From an uncultured Gammaproteobacteria bacterium (GTDB lineage Bacteria > Patescibacteriota > Microgenomatia > Daviesbacterales > UBA10151), in contig CAZGFG010000003.1 of assembly GCA_964524895.1 (NCBI GenBank), positions 34,023 through 98,022 on the forward strand: DNA of 64,000 bases. The letters are read 5' to 3'. Both the position numbers and the translations under genes were made by a program. This document shows positions 20,859 through 30,693 of this stretch, in pieces. Position 1 is the stretch's first letter. Each line of letters starts with the position of its first letter. Under the pieces are notes generated by a model. That model saw only the letters and a list, made by a program, of their open reading frames with translations. It had not been told where the DNA came from and ran no database searches.

Positions 20859-21746
20859 TTAAAATATATTCTTAATCCTTGTTATGTAAGCAAGAAGAAT
20901 CTCGCTACTATAATCTTTAGGATGAAAATAAAGAGCACCCTGCTCTATCCTCTCAACCCCCTTGGGTTTTATCATAACCTTTAGTTGAAACAACTTGGCC
21001 CAACTTTCTATTCGGTTTAAGAAGAAATTTAATCTGTTATTGCCAAAGCTTCTCCCTGTTTTTCTTTTTGCTTTTGGCATTTTAAAATTTAAATTACTTG
21101 CTGTTGCCCAATTTGGCAAAAATCCAAAAGCCCAAGAATTTTCCATTAAGTATTGGGAATAAATATCTTCTCTTTGCCATAAAATCTTCATCTGCAAAAC
21201 TTCGTGAGCAATAAATAAATTCCTCTTTGTTTGGGCAAGCTTTGTTGCTTCTAAAAAAAGGTTTGTACAAATTTTGCCTCTGGATTGGACAACATCCATC
21301 CTCACTCTTCTTCTTACCCCCAGAAAATCCAAAAGAGATATCACAAGCAATCTGGTAAGCCAAACCCTATTGGGGGAGCTGATAACTATAAGGTCTATGT
21401 CATCATTTTTATCGGCATTAAAAACCGCCAAGCCTCCGGAAACACCTATTAATTTTATCCAGGGGATAATTCTTAAAACTTGGGCTAGTAGTTTTGCCTT
21501 AAGAAAAAAACGGGCAGAAATTTGTTCTCTGTTTTTTCTCTTTCTAACTATCATTTTTCTATCATTTAGAAAATAAAAATCTTGATAAAATCCAACCTTG
21601 TCTTTTTTGATCAGCCTGACCAAACCTTTTTCTAAATCCTTGGTGTTTGCTTGTTTGCCAATCAACCATTTATGTATTTCCCAAGCTTTCATAGGGTAAT
21701 CAAAAAGGTTTGCATAGACCAAAGTTTTTAAAATCGCTTTTTCCAT
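20859..21746 (-). CDS. Pol-beta-type nucleotidyltransferase-fold protein
   Basis: GVSGGLA...DDIDL (hG[GS]...DxD); start at MEKAIL. Confidence 0.65.
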   Translation of the reverse strand: MEKAILKTLVYANLFDYPMKAWEIHKWLIGKQANTKDLEKGLVRLIKKDKVGFYQDFYFLNDRKMIVRKRKNREQISARFFLKAKLLAQVLRIIPWIKLIGVSGGLAVFNADKNDDIDLIVISSPNRVWLTRLLVISLLDFLGVRRRVRMDVVQSRGKICTNLFLEATKLAQTKRNLFIAHEVLQMKILWQREDIYSQYLMENSWAFGFLPNWATASNLNFKMPKAKRKTGRSFGNNRLNFFLNRIESWAKLFQLKVMIKPKGVERIEQGALYFHPKDYSSEILLAYITRIKNIF

Positions 21747-21775
21747 AGTCCCAAGTTTACCCGCAGCAGTGATCA

Positions 21776-21820
21776 AACTTGCCCGAAGGGCTACTCCGCA
21801 GCACACTGCGGAGTTAGTTT
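21776..21820. repeat. Intergenic double hairpin (REP-like)
   Basis: gccc-gaa-gggc and actccgcag-caca-ctgcggagt enclosed by aaact...agttt. Confidence 0.65.
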
Positions 21821-21847
21821 ATGCATAAATCTGTTAAAATTCAATAT

Positions 21848-22783
21848 ATGCTGCAAATTTTGGATAATATCCCCTTTAAAGAGTTAACTGCCCTCAATAT
21901 CGGAGGTCCTGCCAAAAAAGTAGTTACCGTTGTCAGCGAGCAGGAATTAGTAGGAGCTCTCTCTTTTGCCAGGGAAGTCAATCTTCCATTTTTAATAATA
22001 GGAGGAGGCAGCAACCTGTTGGTTTCAGACAGTGGGGTTGATGCTTTAGTAATTAAAAATGAGATGGAGGGGATAAAAAAAGAAGTTAAAACTTTAACTG
22101 TCAAAAGCGGAACAATTTTGCAGCATTTAATAGACTATGCCAATCAAAATAATTTGGCCGGTTTACAAAACTTAGCCGGGATCCCCGGGACAGTAGGCGG
22201 AGCGGTCTACGGAAACGCCGGAGCATATGGTCAATCAATTAGTGATTGTCTGCGGGAAGTTACCGCCTTAGACCCAGACACAGGCCAAACTGTTACTTTA
22301 TCCAAAGAAGAATGTGAATTCTCTTACCGAGACAGCATCTTTAAAAAAAATAGGTTTATTATTTTGGAGGTAAAACTTAAACTGGAACAAGGAGATGGCG
22401 AAAAGCTAAAGAAAGAGTCCGCAGAGACTATTAAAAAGAGGTCTATTAAATATCCGCCTGGGATTAAGTGCCCGGGATCTTTTTTTAAAAATTTGATTGC
22501 AACCGATTTGCCAAAAGAGGTGCTGGGCAAAATTCCCAAAGATAAAATAGTTTACGGCAAAATTCCGGCCGGGACACTTTTGGAAATGGTAGGGGCCAGG
22601 GGGGATAATTTAAACGGGATCGAGATTGCTTCCTATCATGCCAATTTATTTATAAATAAAGGAGGGGGGAAAGCGCAAGATTTCTATACTTTAGCCAAAA
22701 AATATGCGGATAAGGTAAGGCTGGAGCTTGGAATCGAGCTTGAACCTGAAGTCCAACTAATCAACCTCCCTCCCCTGTTTTAG
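21848..22783 (+). CDS. murB: UDP-N-acetylmuramate dehydrogenase
   Basis: IGGPA, GGGSNLL, GIPGTVGGAVYGNAGAYG, FSYRDS, GSFFKN, HANLF, LEPEV. Confidence 0.95.
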   Translation: MLQILDNIPFKELTALNIGGPAKKVVTVVSEQELVGALSFAREVNLPFLIIGGGSNLLVSDSGVDALVIKNEMEGIKKEVKTLTVKSGTILQHLIDYANQNNLAGLQNLAGIPGTVGGAVYGNAGAYGQSISDCLREVTALDPDTGQTVTLSKEECEFSYRDSIFKKNRFIILEVKLKLEQGDGEKLKKESAETIKKRSIKYPPGIKCPGSFFKNLIATDLPKEVLGKIPKDKIVYGKIPAGTLLEMVGARGDNLNGIEIASYHANLFINKGGGKAQDFYTLAKKYADKVRLELGIELEPEVQLINLPPLF

Positions 22784-22884
22784 ACAAATGCTTGTTTTTG
22801 ATTAATCTCTAAACACTTCTATACCAAAATCTCTCTACAGCCAAAAAGTGGTATGACTATACCCATAAAGTACGCAGAATATAT

Positions 22885-23454
22885 TTAACCTGCTTTTTTC
22901 GTGTTAATTAAGGACGCAGCGACTTCTGGTAATGATATGCAACTTTCCTCATTATCAATAGGCCCGGAAAAATGTCCCATGTTATGCTGAATAATTAATT
23001 TGGCTCCTAACTTTTCCTGAAACTCTTTCCCATAATTTAATGAAACATACGGATCGTTATCTGAATTAATTGCAACAAAATCCCCGGCATTATTTTTGAT
23101 TTTTGCAAAGCTGATCGGGGTTTGAAAAAAGTTTTCTAATTCTTTATAGCCTAAATCATCCGTAAACCCGGCTACTAATACTACACCCCCTACCTTTCTA
23201 TTTATGTTTTCCAAATACCGCATTATTGTTATACATCCAAGACTGTGACCTACCAGACAAAGCTCTTTATCAGGTTCCCCTATAACTTCCCTAAGTTTTC
23301 CTAACCATTTAGACAGGTGAGGAAGATTGGCTTCTGGCATTTGGGGAACCTCTACTTTAAATCCTTTTCCCTCAAGTTCTTTCTTAGTCTGCGGATACCA
23401 ACAATAGTTGGGGTACCCTTCCCAACAATGGACCATAATTACTCTTTTATTCAT
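22885..23454 (-). CDS. RBBP9/YdeN-family serine hydrolase
   Basis: GHSLG, SDNDPYV, GHF. Confidence 0.88.
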   Translation of the reverse strand: MNKRVIMVHCWEGYPNYCWYPQTKKELEGKGFKVEVPQMPEANLPHLSKWLGKLREVIGEPDKELCLVGHSLGCITIMRYLENINRKVGGVVLVAGFTDDLGYKELENFFQTPISFAKIKNNAGDFVAINSDNDPYVSLNYGKEFQEKLGAKLIIQHNMGHFSGPIDNEESCISLPEVAASLINTKKAG

Positions 23455-23504
23455 AAAATTCTCTGTCAACAATATTTACGATCGTGAATTTTGTTGCATT
23501 CATC

Positions 23505-24809
23505 TTAGGGGCTTGGGGCGGGGGCTGGTTTGGTATATTTATCCAAAACCTGCTGTACTCCTCTGTCTATTGTCTGCAAAGCTACCTGGGGATCCGTTCC
23601 CTGCAAAGTAGCATTTACCCCATCCTCAAAATATTTAATCATCTCATCATTGATCCCCGAATCAAAGGTATTGGAAGCTAGAAACCATCCTTTATAATAA
23701 GGGCCTTGGATAACAAAAGCTCCTATAATCGGCGCACCGGATATTTCCGGTCCCAGAGCTGCTAGAGAATAGGGCTCTCCAAACAACCTCACTTGAGATG
23801 CCTGCTGATAAGCAAGTTTCTGGGCCTCGGCAGATGCCAAAAATTTGGCAAACTTCCAAGCTTCTCTAGGATGCTTGCTGTTTGCCGAAACAGCTTCTGC
23901 CCAGAACGTTCCCCACCCTACTTGTCTACCGGATAATTGGGGAACCGGCGCAGTATTAAACTTTAAATTAGGATTTATCTGGCGCAGTTCGTGTGCACGC
24001 CAAGACGGGGCAAAATAGAAAGCTAGTCTACCTTGAGCAAAAGCCTGGGTAGAATTGGGCATAGTTACATCCCAAGTTTTTCTTTTAGGATCGGTAATAA
24101 AACCAGTATAAAAGGAGAGTACTTCCGCAGCTTCAGGAGAAGCCAAAGATTGCATATTTACTCCTGGCTGTTGCAAAAAAAGCAACCCTAAAATATCGCT
24201 CCAGTGATCAATATTGCCGGTAGAACCCAAAGCCACACCGGCTGTTTTAATCTGTCCGGATTGATCCCGGACTGTTAATTTTACTGCCGCATCAATTAGC
24301 TCTTGCCAGTTTCGGGGGACACTTACTCCGGTAGCGGAAAGCAAGTCTTCGTTATAATAAAGGGCCAACCCGTCTACTTCTGCAGGTATTGCATAAATTT
24401 GGTTGTTTGTAATGAAGCTTTCAGGGGTAATCGGATAAAAAGCATTTTTATATTCCTGTATCCCTATTACATCGGATGGAGCCGGAGCTAAATCTCCTTC
24501 AAACATAGGTAACCAACTGTTGTGAATCCTAAAAAGATCCGGTCCCACTCCTTCTCTAATTTGGGTTTGAACCCTAGTCCGGTAATTAACGGAGGATTGT
24601 TTAACGTAATTTATACTAACATTAGGATTGTTTTGTTGATAAAGAGCAATTAGCGGTTTAATCAGGCTCTCTTCCTCCCATAACCCCCAGTAAGTCAGCT
24701 CCACCGAGCCAGAGGACTGACTAACTTCATTAAAACTGGGCCCAAACTTCCAAAATAAAAATCCAAAGATGATACTTAAACTCAATGCCGCTATAATTAA
24801 CTTCTTCAT
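23505..24809 (-). CDS. Extracellular solute-binding protein (family 1, sugar-type)
   Basis: N-terminal TM, GPDLF, ALYYNEDL, AFAQGRLA, EAWKFAKFL. Confidence 0.88.
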   Translation of the reverse strand: MKKLIIAALSLSIIFGFLFWKFGPSFNEVSQSSGSVELTYWGLWEEESLIKPLIALYQQNNPNVSINYVKQSSVNYRTRVQTQIREGVGPDLFRIHNSWLPMFEGDLAPAPSDVIGIQEYKNAFYPITPESFITNNQIYAIPAEVDGLALYYNEDLLSATGVSVPRNWQELIDAAVKLTVRDQSGQIKTAGVALGSTGNIDHWSDILGLLFLQQPGVNMQSLASPEAAEVLSFYTGFITDPKRKTWDVTMPNSTQAFAQGRLAFYFAPSWRAHELRQINPNLKFNTAPVPQLSGRQVGWGTFWAEAVSANSKHPREAWKFAKFLASAEAQKLAYQQASQVRLFGEPYSLAALGPEISGAPIIGAFVIQGPYYKGWFLASNTFDSGINDEMIKYFEDGVNATLQGTDPQVALQTIDRGVQQVLDKYTKPAPAPSP

Positions 24810-24914
24810 TTTAATATCAGCTTTAATATTATCTCATATTCTTAACCTAAGCCTTTTAGGCTTTACCGCAACAGGCCCAATAAGGTAAGATAGCCACTGT
24901 TATTGTCAAAATTC

Positions 24915-26696
24915 ATGGCTAAAAAGAAACCTAAATCATCACCCGATATAAACAAGCAACCCAAAAAACCTATCAAAACAGGGCTGCTCGCCCTATCTCG
25001 TAAGTTTTTGCCTATAGCACTCTTATGCTTACTGCTTCTGTTAGTTTTTTTGACTTACCAAAATATCTTTGCCGATAAATTTTTTCCCAGGACCTTTGTG
25101 GGTGACAGCCAAGTTACCTTTTTAACGGTCTCTCAAACCAAACAGGTCTTCATCAATAAGTTTAACTCAAGATCTTCACAAAAACTTACTTTTAGTTCAC
25201 AGTTTGGACAGTTTGAAATAGATCTGGCTACAGCCTCTGCCAAATTGGATTACTCCCAAATAGAAGAAGGGTTTAAATTGGGCCATCAGGGTAATTTATT
25301 CAAACGGTTAACCGACCAAACTCACACTCTTTTTAGTCCTCAAATAATTGCTCCCGATATTACCCTTAATTTGAATAACCAAATCAACAAAATTGCCAGT
25401 GCTATCGACCGGCCGGCTCAAGATGCCACATTAATTTTGGGCGAAAAAAATGAAGTTCTAACTACTCCCGATGAAAACGGCTTAATTTTAGATAAAGAAC
25501 GGTTGGAAAAAGATATTGAAAACTTTTTAATTTTTGGACAAACCCCTGCTGCTCTACCGGTTAAAGTAACTACTCCAAAGGTAAGCGAGCAAAGGGCCAG
25601 CCAAGCCAAAGCACTGCTTGAGGGCAACGGTAACCAACCTTATACTCTTACTTTTGAGGGTAACTCCTGGGTCATAGATACCCCAACCCTGTTAACTCTT
25701 TTGGATCTAAGTCAACCGGAACCTGAACTGGTCAGCCGAGAAAAGATACAGGCTTTTTTGACCCAAATAAGCAAGGAGGTTAACCGGGATGTTCAAGAAC
25801 CGCTTTTTAAATTTGATGGGGCAAAAGTAACCGCATTCCGTCCGGCTACCCAAGGGCATAAATTGAATATAGAAAAGTCTACGGATCTTTTGGTTGATGC
25901 ATTAAAAAACCAGAAGCCTAAAACTGTTGAATTAGCTGTAGAGATTATCAATCCTCAAATTCAAACCTCCCAGGCTAATGATTTGGGGATTCAGGAACTT
26001 TTGGGGCAAGGGGTTTCCCATTTTGCCGGTTCTATTCCCAATCGTATCTACAATATCGGGCTAACTGCCAGTAAACTAAACGGAGTATTGGTTCCTCCCG
26101 GACAAATCTTCTCTTTTAACAGAACTGTTGGAGATATCTCCGCCGCTACCGGATTTAAACAAGCCTATGTTATAAAAGAGGGGCGTACGGTTTTGGATGA
26201 CGGAGGTGGGGTTTGTCAGGATTCCACTACTCTTTTTAGAGCAGTTTTAAATGCCGGATTGCCGGTTGTGAAACGGACTGCCCACGCTTATAGGGTCGGT
26301 TACTATGAGCAAGGTTTTGCTCCCGGACTGGATGCAACGGTTTTTTACCCCACTGTAGATTTTCAATTTAAAAACGACACTCCGGCTTATATCTTAATCC
26401 AGGCCTATACTTACGGTACCAGTTTATATGTTGATTTATACGGTACATCGGACGGCAGAATCTCCTCCATCTCCAAACCGGTTATTAACAATCAAACACC
26501 ACCACCCCCGGAACTTCGCCAAGATGATCCAACCTTACCCAAAGGAACAATTAAACAGGTCGATTGGGCAGCTTGGGGAGCAACAGTTACCTTTAACAGG
26601 ACTGTCACCAGAGGAGGGGAAACTTTGATTAAGGAAACATTTTATTCAAATTATAAACCATGGCAGGCAGTATATTTAGTGGGAACAGGTGGTTAG
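24915..26696 (+). CDS. VanW-family protein with putative peptidoglycan-binding repeats
   Basis: FSFNRTVG, GGGVCQDSTTLFRAVLNAGL, GLDATV, FKNDT. Confidence 0.9.
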   Translation: MAKKKPKSSPDINKQPKKPIKTGLLALSRKFLPIALLCLLLLLVFLTYQNIFADKFFPRTFVGDSQVTFLTVSQTKQVFINKFNSRSSQKLTFSSQFGQFEIDLATASAKLDYSQIEEGFKLGHQGNLFKRLTDQTHTLFSPQIIAPDITLNLNNQINKIASAIDRPAQDATLILGEKNEVLTTPDENGLILDKERLEKDIENFLIFGQTPAALPVKVTTPKVSEQRASQAKALLEGNGNQPYTLTFEGNSWVIDTPTLLTLLDLSQPEPELVSREKIQAFLTQISKEVNRDVQEPLFKFDGAKVTAFRPATQGHKLNIEKSTDLLVDALKNQKPKTVELAVEIINPQIQTSQANDLGIQELLGQGVSHFAGSIPNRIYNIGLTASKLNGVLVPPGQIFSFNRTVGDISAATGFKQAYVIKEGRTVLDDGGGVCQDSTTLFRAVLNAGLPVVKRTAHAYRVGYYEQGFAPGLDATVFYPTVDFQFKNDTPAYILIQAYTYGTSLYVDLYGTSDGRISSISKPVINNQTPPPPELRQDDPTLPKGTIKQVDWAAWGATVTFNRTVTRGGETLIKETFYSNYKPWQAVYLVGTGG

Positions 26697-26698
26697 AT

Positions 26699-27352
26699 TC
26701 AAGCAGAAGATCGGGTAGCTTGAGGAGGAAGAATTCCGGTTAAAACTACAAAGTTTTGCCCTTCTTTGTAACCATGCAAACTTTCTCCAGCTTTCATTCG
26801 CAGCACCGTTCTTTCCAGTGCATTCGCCTCTCTATTCAAACCAACCTCATGTAAGACTTCTGCCAAAGAATCACTATGCCTTAAATTCAGCTCATAAACT
26901 GCTGCAACTGTATAAGCTGCAGCCCGAGCTTGTTGTCTCACACTATTATCAAAGCTTCCGGCAGAAAGCACGTTAGTTAAATGATCCCAAGCCTGCTTTT
27001 TATAAGGTATGAAATCTTTTCTCCATAATCTTTCAAGCAATTGACGGTAGGATCCTACACCTCCCCTGTCGTATATCAACTCACCAAAACCTTGCCTATC
27101 TAAACAGCAGCTAAAAGAATACAGTGGACGTGCAACGTCACCTCTCATAGATTCTACTTGCTGAAAAGTTAACCCAGATACCAACAACTCGCTTACCCCT
27201 TGAGTTTCCATATGAAGGATGCCTAAATCATAAATTAGCTGCTTTGCAGGATCTGCCGGGAGAATTTCAATTGGCCCACTTTGGGGATAATAAATTACTT
27301 TATCTGGCTGTATACCAGCTCTTATACCCGGCAAAGCTTCTAGCAAAACCAT
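26699..27352 (-). CDS. Hypothetical protein
   Basis: 217-aa ORF filling the gap; TTGACA upstream on minus strand. Confidence 0.55.
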   Translation of the reverse strand: MVLLEALPGIRAGIQPDKVIYYPQSGPIEILPADPAKQLIYDLGILHMETQGVSELLVSGLTFQQVESMRGDVARPLYSFSCCLDRQGFGELIYDRGGVGSYRQLLERLWRKDFIPYKKQAWDHLTNVLSAGSFDNSVRQQARAAAYTVAAVYELNLRHSDSLAEVLHEVGLNREANALERTVLRMKAGESLHGYKEGQNFVVLTGILPPQATRSSA

Positions 27353-27420
27353 ATTTAAATACTACACCCTTTTATTTGCTTGTCAAAGAGAAAATACGTT
27401 ATGTTAGTATAAGTAGAATA

Positions 27421-27984
27421 ATGAGATTTTTTATTGCTTTGGAGATACCGCAGGAAAATAGGCAAGAGTTACAACAGGTGCAAACAAAGCTTACTCTACT
27501 AGTCCCCAATTTAAGAATAACGGATCCGGATAAACTACATCTGACTTTGGCATTTATAGGCGAGCAACCGGATTCATACAAAGAGGACCTTATCAAAATT
27601 ATTACCGATGCCGTTGCCAATCTTTCTCCCTTTACAGTTACCCCTACTTATTTGGATGGCTTCCCTACTATTCATCAACCGTACACTTTTTGGATAGGAG
27701 TAAGTGGTGAGATAGACAAATTACTTATCATTCGGGAAAAAATTAAAGATGGGCTAATTGTGCTCAAGTTGCCTGTAGATGAGCGAAGATATATTCCTCA
27801 TATCGCTGTTGCCAAGCCCCGGGGAAAGTTTAAGTTAAGTCCGGCAGATGAAAAGGATTTACAGAATTTTATGGGGGAGAATAAATTTGATCCAATTAAA
27901 ATTAGCTCTATCAAGCTTTTCGAGTCTGTTCCGGACAGCGGATTTCACCGGCACAATACTTTGGCTGAAATTAAGTTAGGTTAA
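27421..27984 (+). CDS. thpR: RNA 2',3'-cyclic phosphodiesterase (2H, ThpR/LigT)
   Basis: MRFFIA start, HLTL and PHIA 2H motifs. Confidence 0.88.
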   Translation: MRFFIALEIPQENRQELQQVQTKLTLLVPNLRITDPDKLHLTLAFIGEQPDSYKEDLIKIITDAVANLSPFTVTPTYLDGFPTIHQPYTFWIGVSGEIDKLLIIREKIKDGLIVLKLPVDERRYIPHIAVAKPRGKFKLSPADEKDLQNFMGENKFDPIKISSIKLFESVPDSGFHRHNTLAEIKLG

Positions 27985-28818
27985 AACTCTTTCCAAAAAA
28001 TAGACCTCTTTTTTGAAGGCATCGTCGGCAAAAAGATATTCCCCCTTGCCTTCTAATATAGCCTGATAACTTTGGCAATCCCTGCACAAATCCGGTGATT
28101 TTACACAAATCCAATTACCTTCTTTTATGCTTATCTTTAGCTCCAATCCTTTTTGTCTCAACCATTCAATCTGTCCGTCCAGCGGATCCAGGACTATTGA
28201 TTTGGGGCCATCATCCCGATCCAGATACCAAAACGAGGCTTTGGAAACCGGTATCTGCAAATTTGCTTCTGCTAAAATAGCATAGATATTTAGTTGTAAG
28301 GCCGAATCCTCATCATGAATACCGGTCTTAAAATCAACAACGTGAAGTGTCCCATCTTTACACTTACCAATAAAATCCATGTTCCCAAATAGGATAACAT
28401 TATCAATCAGCTTAAATTTAGGAAAATGTAAGAAAGGGGCGCAGGGTTCCAAAATACTAACATGGGATAAGAAATTATCCAGCATCTTCAGCCCCCTTTT
28501 GCCATAAGTTGCTTCCTCCTGTGCAGAGGAAAACCCTCCTTTTTTCAGTCTATATTTGCACCACAAATTGCGAAACTTTTTCACAGTCTCCTCTTTTGTC
28601 GGCTTAACTTCTGCTTCCAAATACCACTTGATGGTATCATGAATTATTGCTCCCAAAGTTAAGTTGGGTGAGGCAATCTGCAACTTGTAACCTTGCCTGG
28701 GGTCCCGATAAATATTTTTTAGATAAAAAGAGCGGGGGCATTTTAAATAATCTGTTAAAGAGGTGTGGGAAATTAAAATAGCATCTTTGATGAATTCTTT
28801 TTTATAAGAGGGAACCAC
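27976..28818 (-). CDS. Stand-alone RecB/AddB-like PD-(D/E)XK nuclease
   Basis: SHTSLTDYLKCP, GNMDF, VVDFKTG, QLNIYA, C-terminal C-x6-C-x2-C. Confidence 0.85.
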   Translation of the reverse strand: MVPSYKKEFIKDAILISHTSLTDYLKCPRSFYLKNIYRDPRQGYKLQIASPNLTLGAIIHDTIKWYLEAEVKPTKEETVKKFRNLWCKYRLKKGGFSSAQEEATYGKRGLKMLDNFLSHVSILEPCAPFLHFPKFKLIDNVILFGNMDFIGKCKDGTLHVVDFKTGIHDEDSALQLNIYAILAEANLQIPVSKASFWYLDRDDGPKSIVLDPLDGQIEWLRQKGLELKISIKEGNWICVKSPDLCRDCQSYQAILEGKGEYLFADDAFKKEVYFLERVLT

Positions 28819-28881
28819 ATACTAAAACATACCTCTAAAAATTACCCAAAAACAAGAGGGAGATAGAAGTTGGTCAAAAAT

Positions 28882-29388
28882 TTATGAAGCTTGGCGAAAG
28901 TAAATACCATCATAAATTGCTCTTCTTAAAATTGCATTCTCTACGAAAGTTACGCAAGCCAGACGCAAAGTATCAAGCCTTTGCTGGCCTGGATCTGATA
29001 ACAAATATGCCAAGCGCAGCCGAGTTAGATTTAAATATCCTTCTGCTTCTCTCATGCTCTTCAAGCCTTTAACACTCTCCAGCATCTCCGTAGCTCTCAT
29101 TTCCATATGATGTGGGTAATCTAGTAAGTGTGCTGCTACCATCAATCTATTAACCCATTTCTCTTTATTTTTCCATGCCTTTTTAGTATCTGGAGATAAT
29201 TGCTGCGGGCCCAACATTAACCTAATTAACATTTCTGTTGGTAAAGGGGATATGCTGGGATTGGTATTAGATATCCTGTCTTGAAAAGTACCTACCATGC
29301 TAATATCATGGTATAAAAGCTCGTTAGAGGCAGCTCGCAGCTGCCCAGTATGATATTCAGAATTTATGAAAATTGCTGCTTCTCTCAT
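28882..29388 (-). CDS. Hypothetical protein
   Basis: ORF with no recognised motif; start at MREAA assumed. Confidence 0.5.
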   Translation of the reverse strand: MREAAIFINSEYHTGQLRAASNELLYHDISMVGTFQDRISNTNPSISPLPTEMLIRLMLGPQQLSPDTKKAWKNKEKWVNRLMVAAHLLDYPHHMEMRATEMLESVKGLKSMREAEGYLNLTRLRLAYLLSDPGQQRLDTLRLACVTFVENAILRRAIYDGIYFRQAS

Positions 29389-29463
29389 AATTATGCAATT
29401 TATAGCTCTACAACAGGATAAAATCAAGTCCTGATAAATCAATGTTGTATATCTTGAATTGAC

Positions 29464-29838
29464 TTATAGCTTCTTCCCTTGCACTATGGCTTTTAAAGTT
29501 TGGACGCGGATTACCTCATTGATATCTTGGATTAACTCAGATTTCTTGGTATTAACTCTTCCCAAATTTTCTTCTATTTCACGGGCAAACCCAAAGATAT
29601 TTTTAAAAGCTGTCAGGCTGCGTAAACCATGACCGCAGACTACTACCCTTACCCAACCTCTTTCTAGTGGATCTCCCAAACTACCTATTTGACCCTCTTC
29701 TCTCACCTCGATCTTCCCTAAACCATAATGATCCATAGAGGAAGCCGTTTGCTGCAGTAACCGTATCTGGTCAGGCGGATAGCTATCTTCAATTCTCCAA
29801 CCTACTCTTTGCTCAAAAGCCCTATCCATCACCCTCAT
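29464..29838 (-). CDS. Hypothetical protein
   Basis: 124-aa ORF, no recognised motif. Confidence 0.5.
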   Translation of the reverse strand: MRVMDRAFEQRVGWRIEDSYPPDQIRLLQQTASSMDHYGLGKIEVREEGQIGSLGDPLERGWVRVVVCGHGLRSLTAFKNIFGFAREIEENLGRVNTKKSELIQDINEVIRVQTLKAIVQGKKL

Positions 29839-29878
29839 TCTGCTATCTGCTTTTTAAAAATGCAAATACTCTCTCTTT

Positions 29879-30118
29879 CTACCCTGTCGTTTCTTCCTTA
29901 ATCCACCTATCTTTCAACTTTCTGGCAAAGAGAAGTCCGTTGAGAGCTCGCTGATCTTTTAATAACATTTCATGCCCGCCACAAACGGAAGCTCTAAGTC
30001 CAAAGGCTCCATACACACATGCACAATTTCTTGCTATGGCATTTACCAGTTCCAGGCCTTCTTGCTGTGTTCCTTTCCAAACTATATTTACGGTTTCTCG
30101 CCTTTCAGGACTGTCCAT
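29879..30118 (-). CDS. Small Cys/His protein (possible metal binding)
   Basis: CAC...CGGH; start at MDSPERR. Confidence 0.55.
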   Translation of the reverse strand: MDSPERRETVNIVWKGTQQEGLELVNAIARNCACVYGAFGLRASVCGGHEMLLKDQRALNGLLFARKLKDRWIKEETTG

Positions 30119-30283
30119 ATTAAATAAAAAGAGACAGCTTCTATCATTTCTAATCTCCTTTTCACAAATCCTACTCTTATTTTTTTTCAATTTCAAATAT
30201 AAAAAGCTAGGGGAAGTACTTGGGATAGTTTGAATTATCTGGATTGCACCCCCGAGGTGTAAAGCAAAGACTTTTCTATTATT

Positions 30284-30550
30284 TCAACAAATTGAAAATT
30301 CAGAGTAGTTTTTAATCCTTCCCTCTTTAACCTCAACTCCTTTTACTTCTGCCAATCCAGGCCCTCTCTTGCACCAGTCAAGAAAACTTTCTAAAGTTTC
30401 ATCATCTCCTTCTGCCTCTATATAAACCGATCCGTCCGGTTCATTTTGAGCAAAACCTTTTATTCCCAACTTCTCTGCTTCCTGTTTGGCCGAGAACCTA
30501 AAACCTACCCCTTGGACTGCCCCTAAAATTTTAATCTTTAAAAGCTTCAT
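30284..30550 (-). CDS. acyP: Acylphosphatase
   Basis: GAVQGVGFR, NEPDGSV, GP. Confidence 0.95.
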   Translation of the reverse strand: MKLLKIKILGAVQGVGFRFSAKQEAEKLGIKGFAQNEPDGSVYIEAEGDDETLESFLDWCKRGPGLAEVKGVEVKEGRIKNYSEFSIC

Positions 30551-30600
30551 ACTAAAAATTTTAACAACATTTTACTCTTTTGTCTGTTAAAATATCCTCA

Positions 30601-30693
30601 ATGATAATACTCGGGATTGAAACCAGTTGTGATGACCCTTCGACTACGCTCAGGGTTCTTGATTACAAATATTATGGTGACTCTTGGAATTGA
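30601..30693 (+). pseudogene. Extra tsaD 5' end interrupted by a REP-like hairpin
   Basis: Translates MIILGIETSCDD, then reads through cccttcgactacgctcaggg and stops at TGA 30691-30693; TAAAAT 7 nt upstream of its ATG. Confidence 0.8.

Noticed and set aside
22784-22884. Possible gene remnant between murB and the hydrolase
   Set aside because: Frames are short or interrupted and no family is recognisable
27976-28818. Cas4 / CRISPR-Cas locus
   Set aside because: The Cys pattern is shared with AddB-like nucleases; no cas1, cas2 or array nearby
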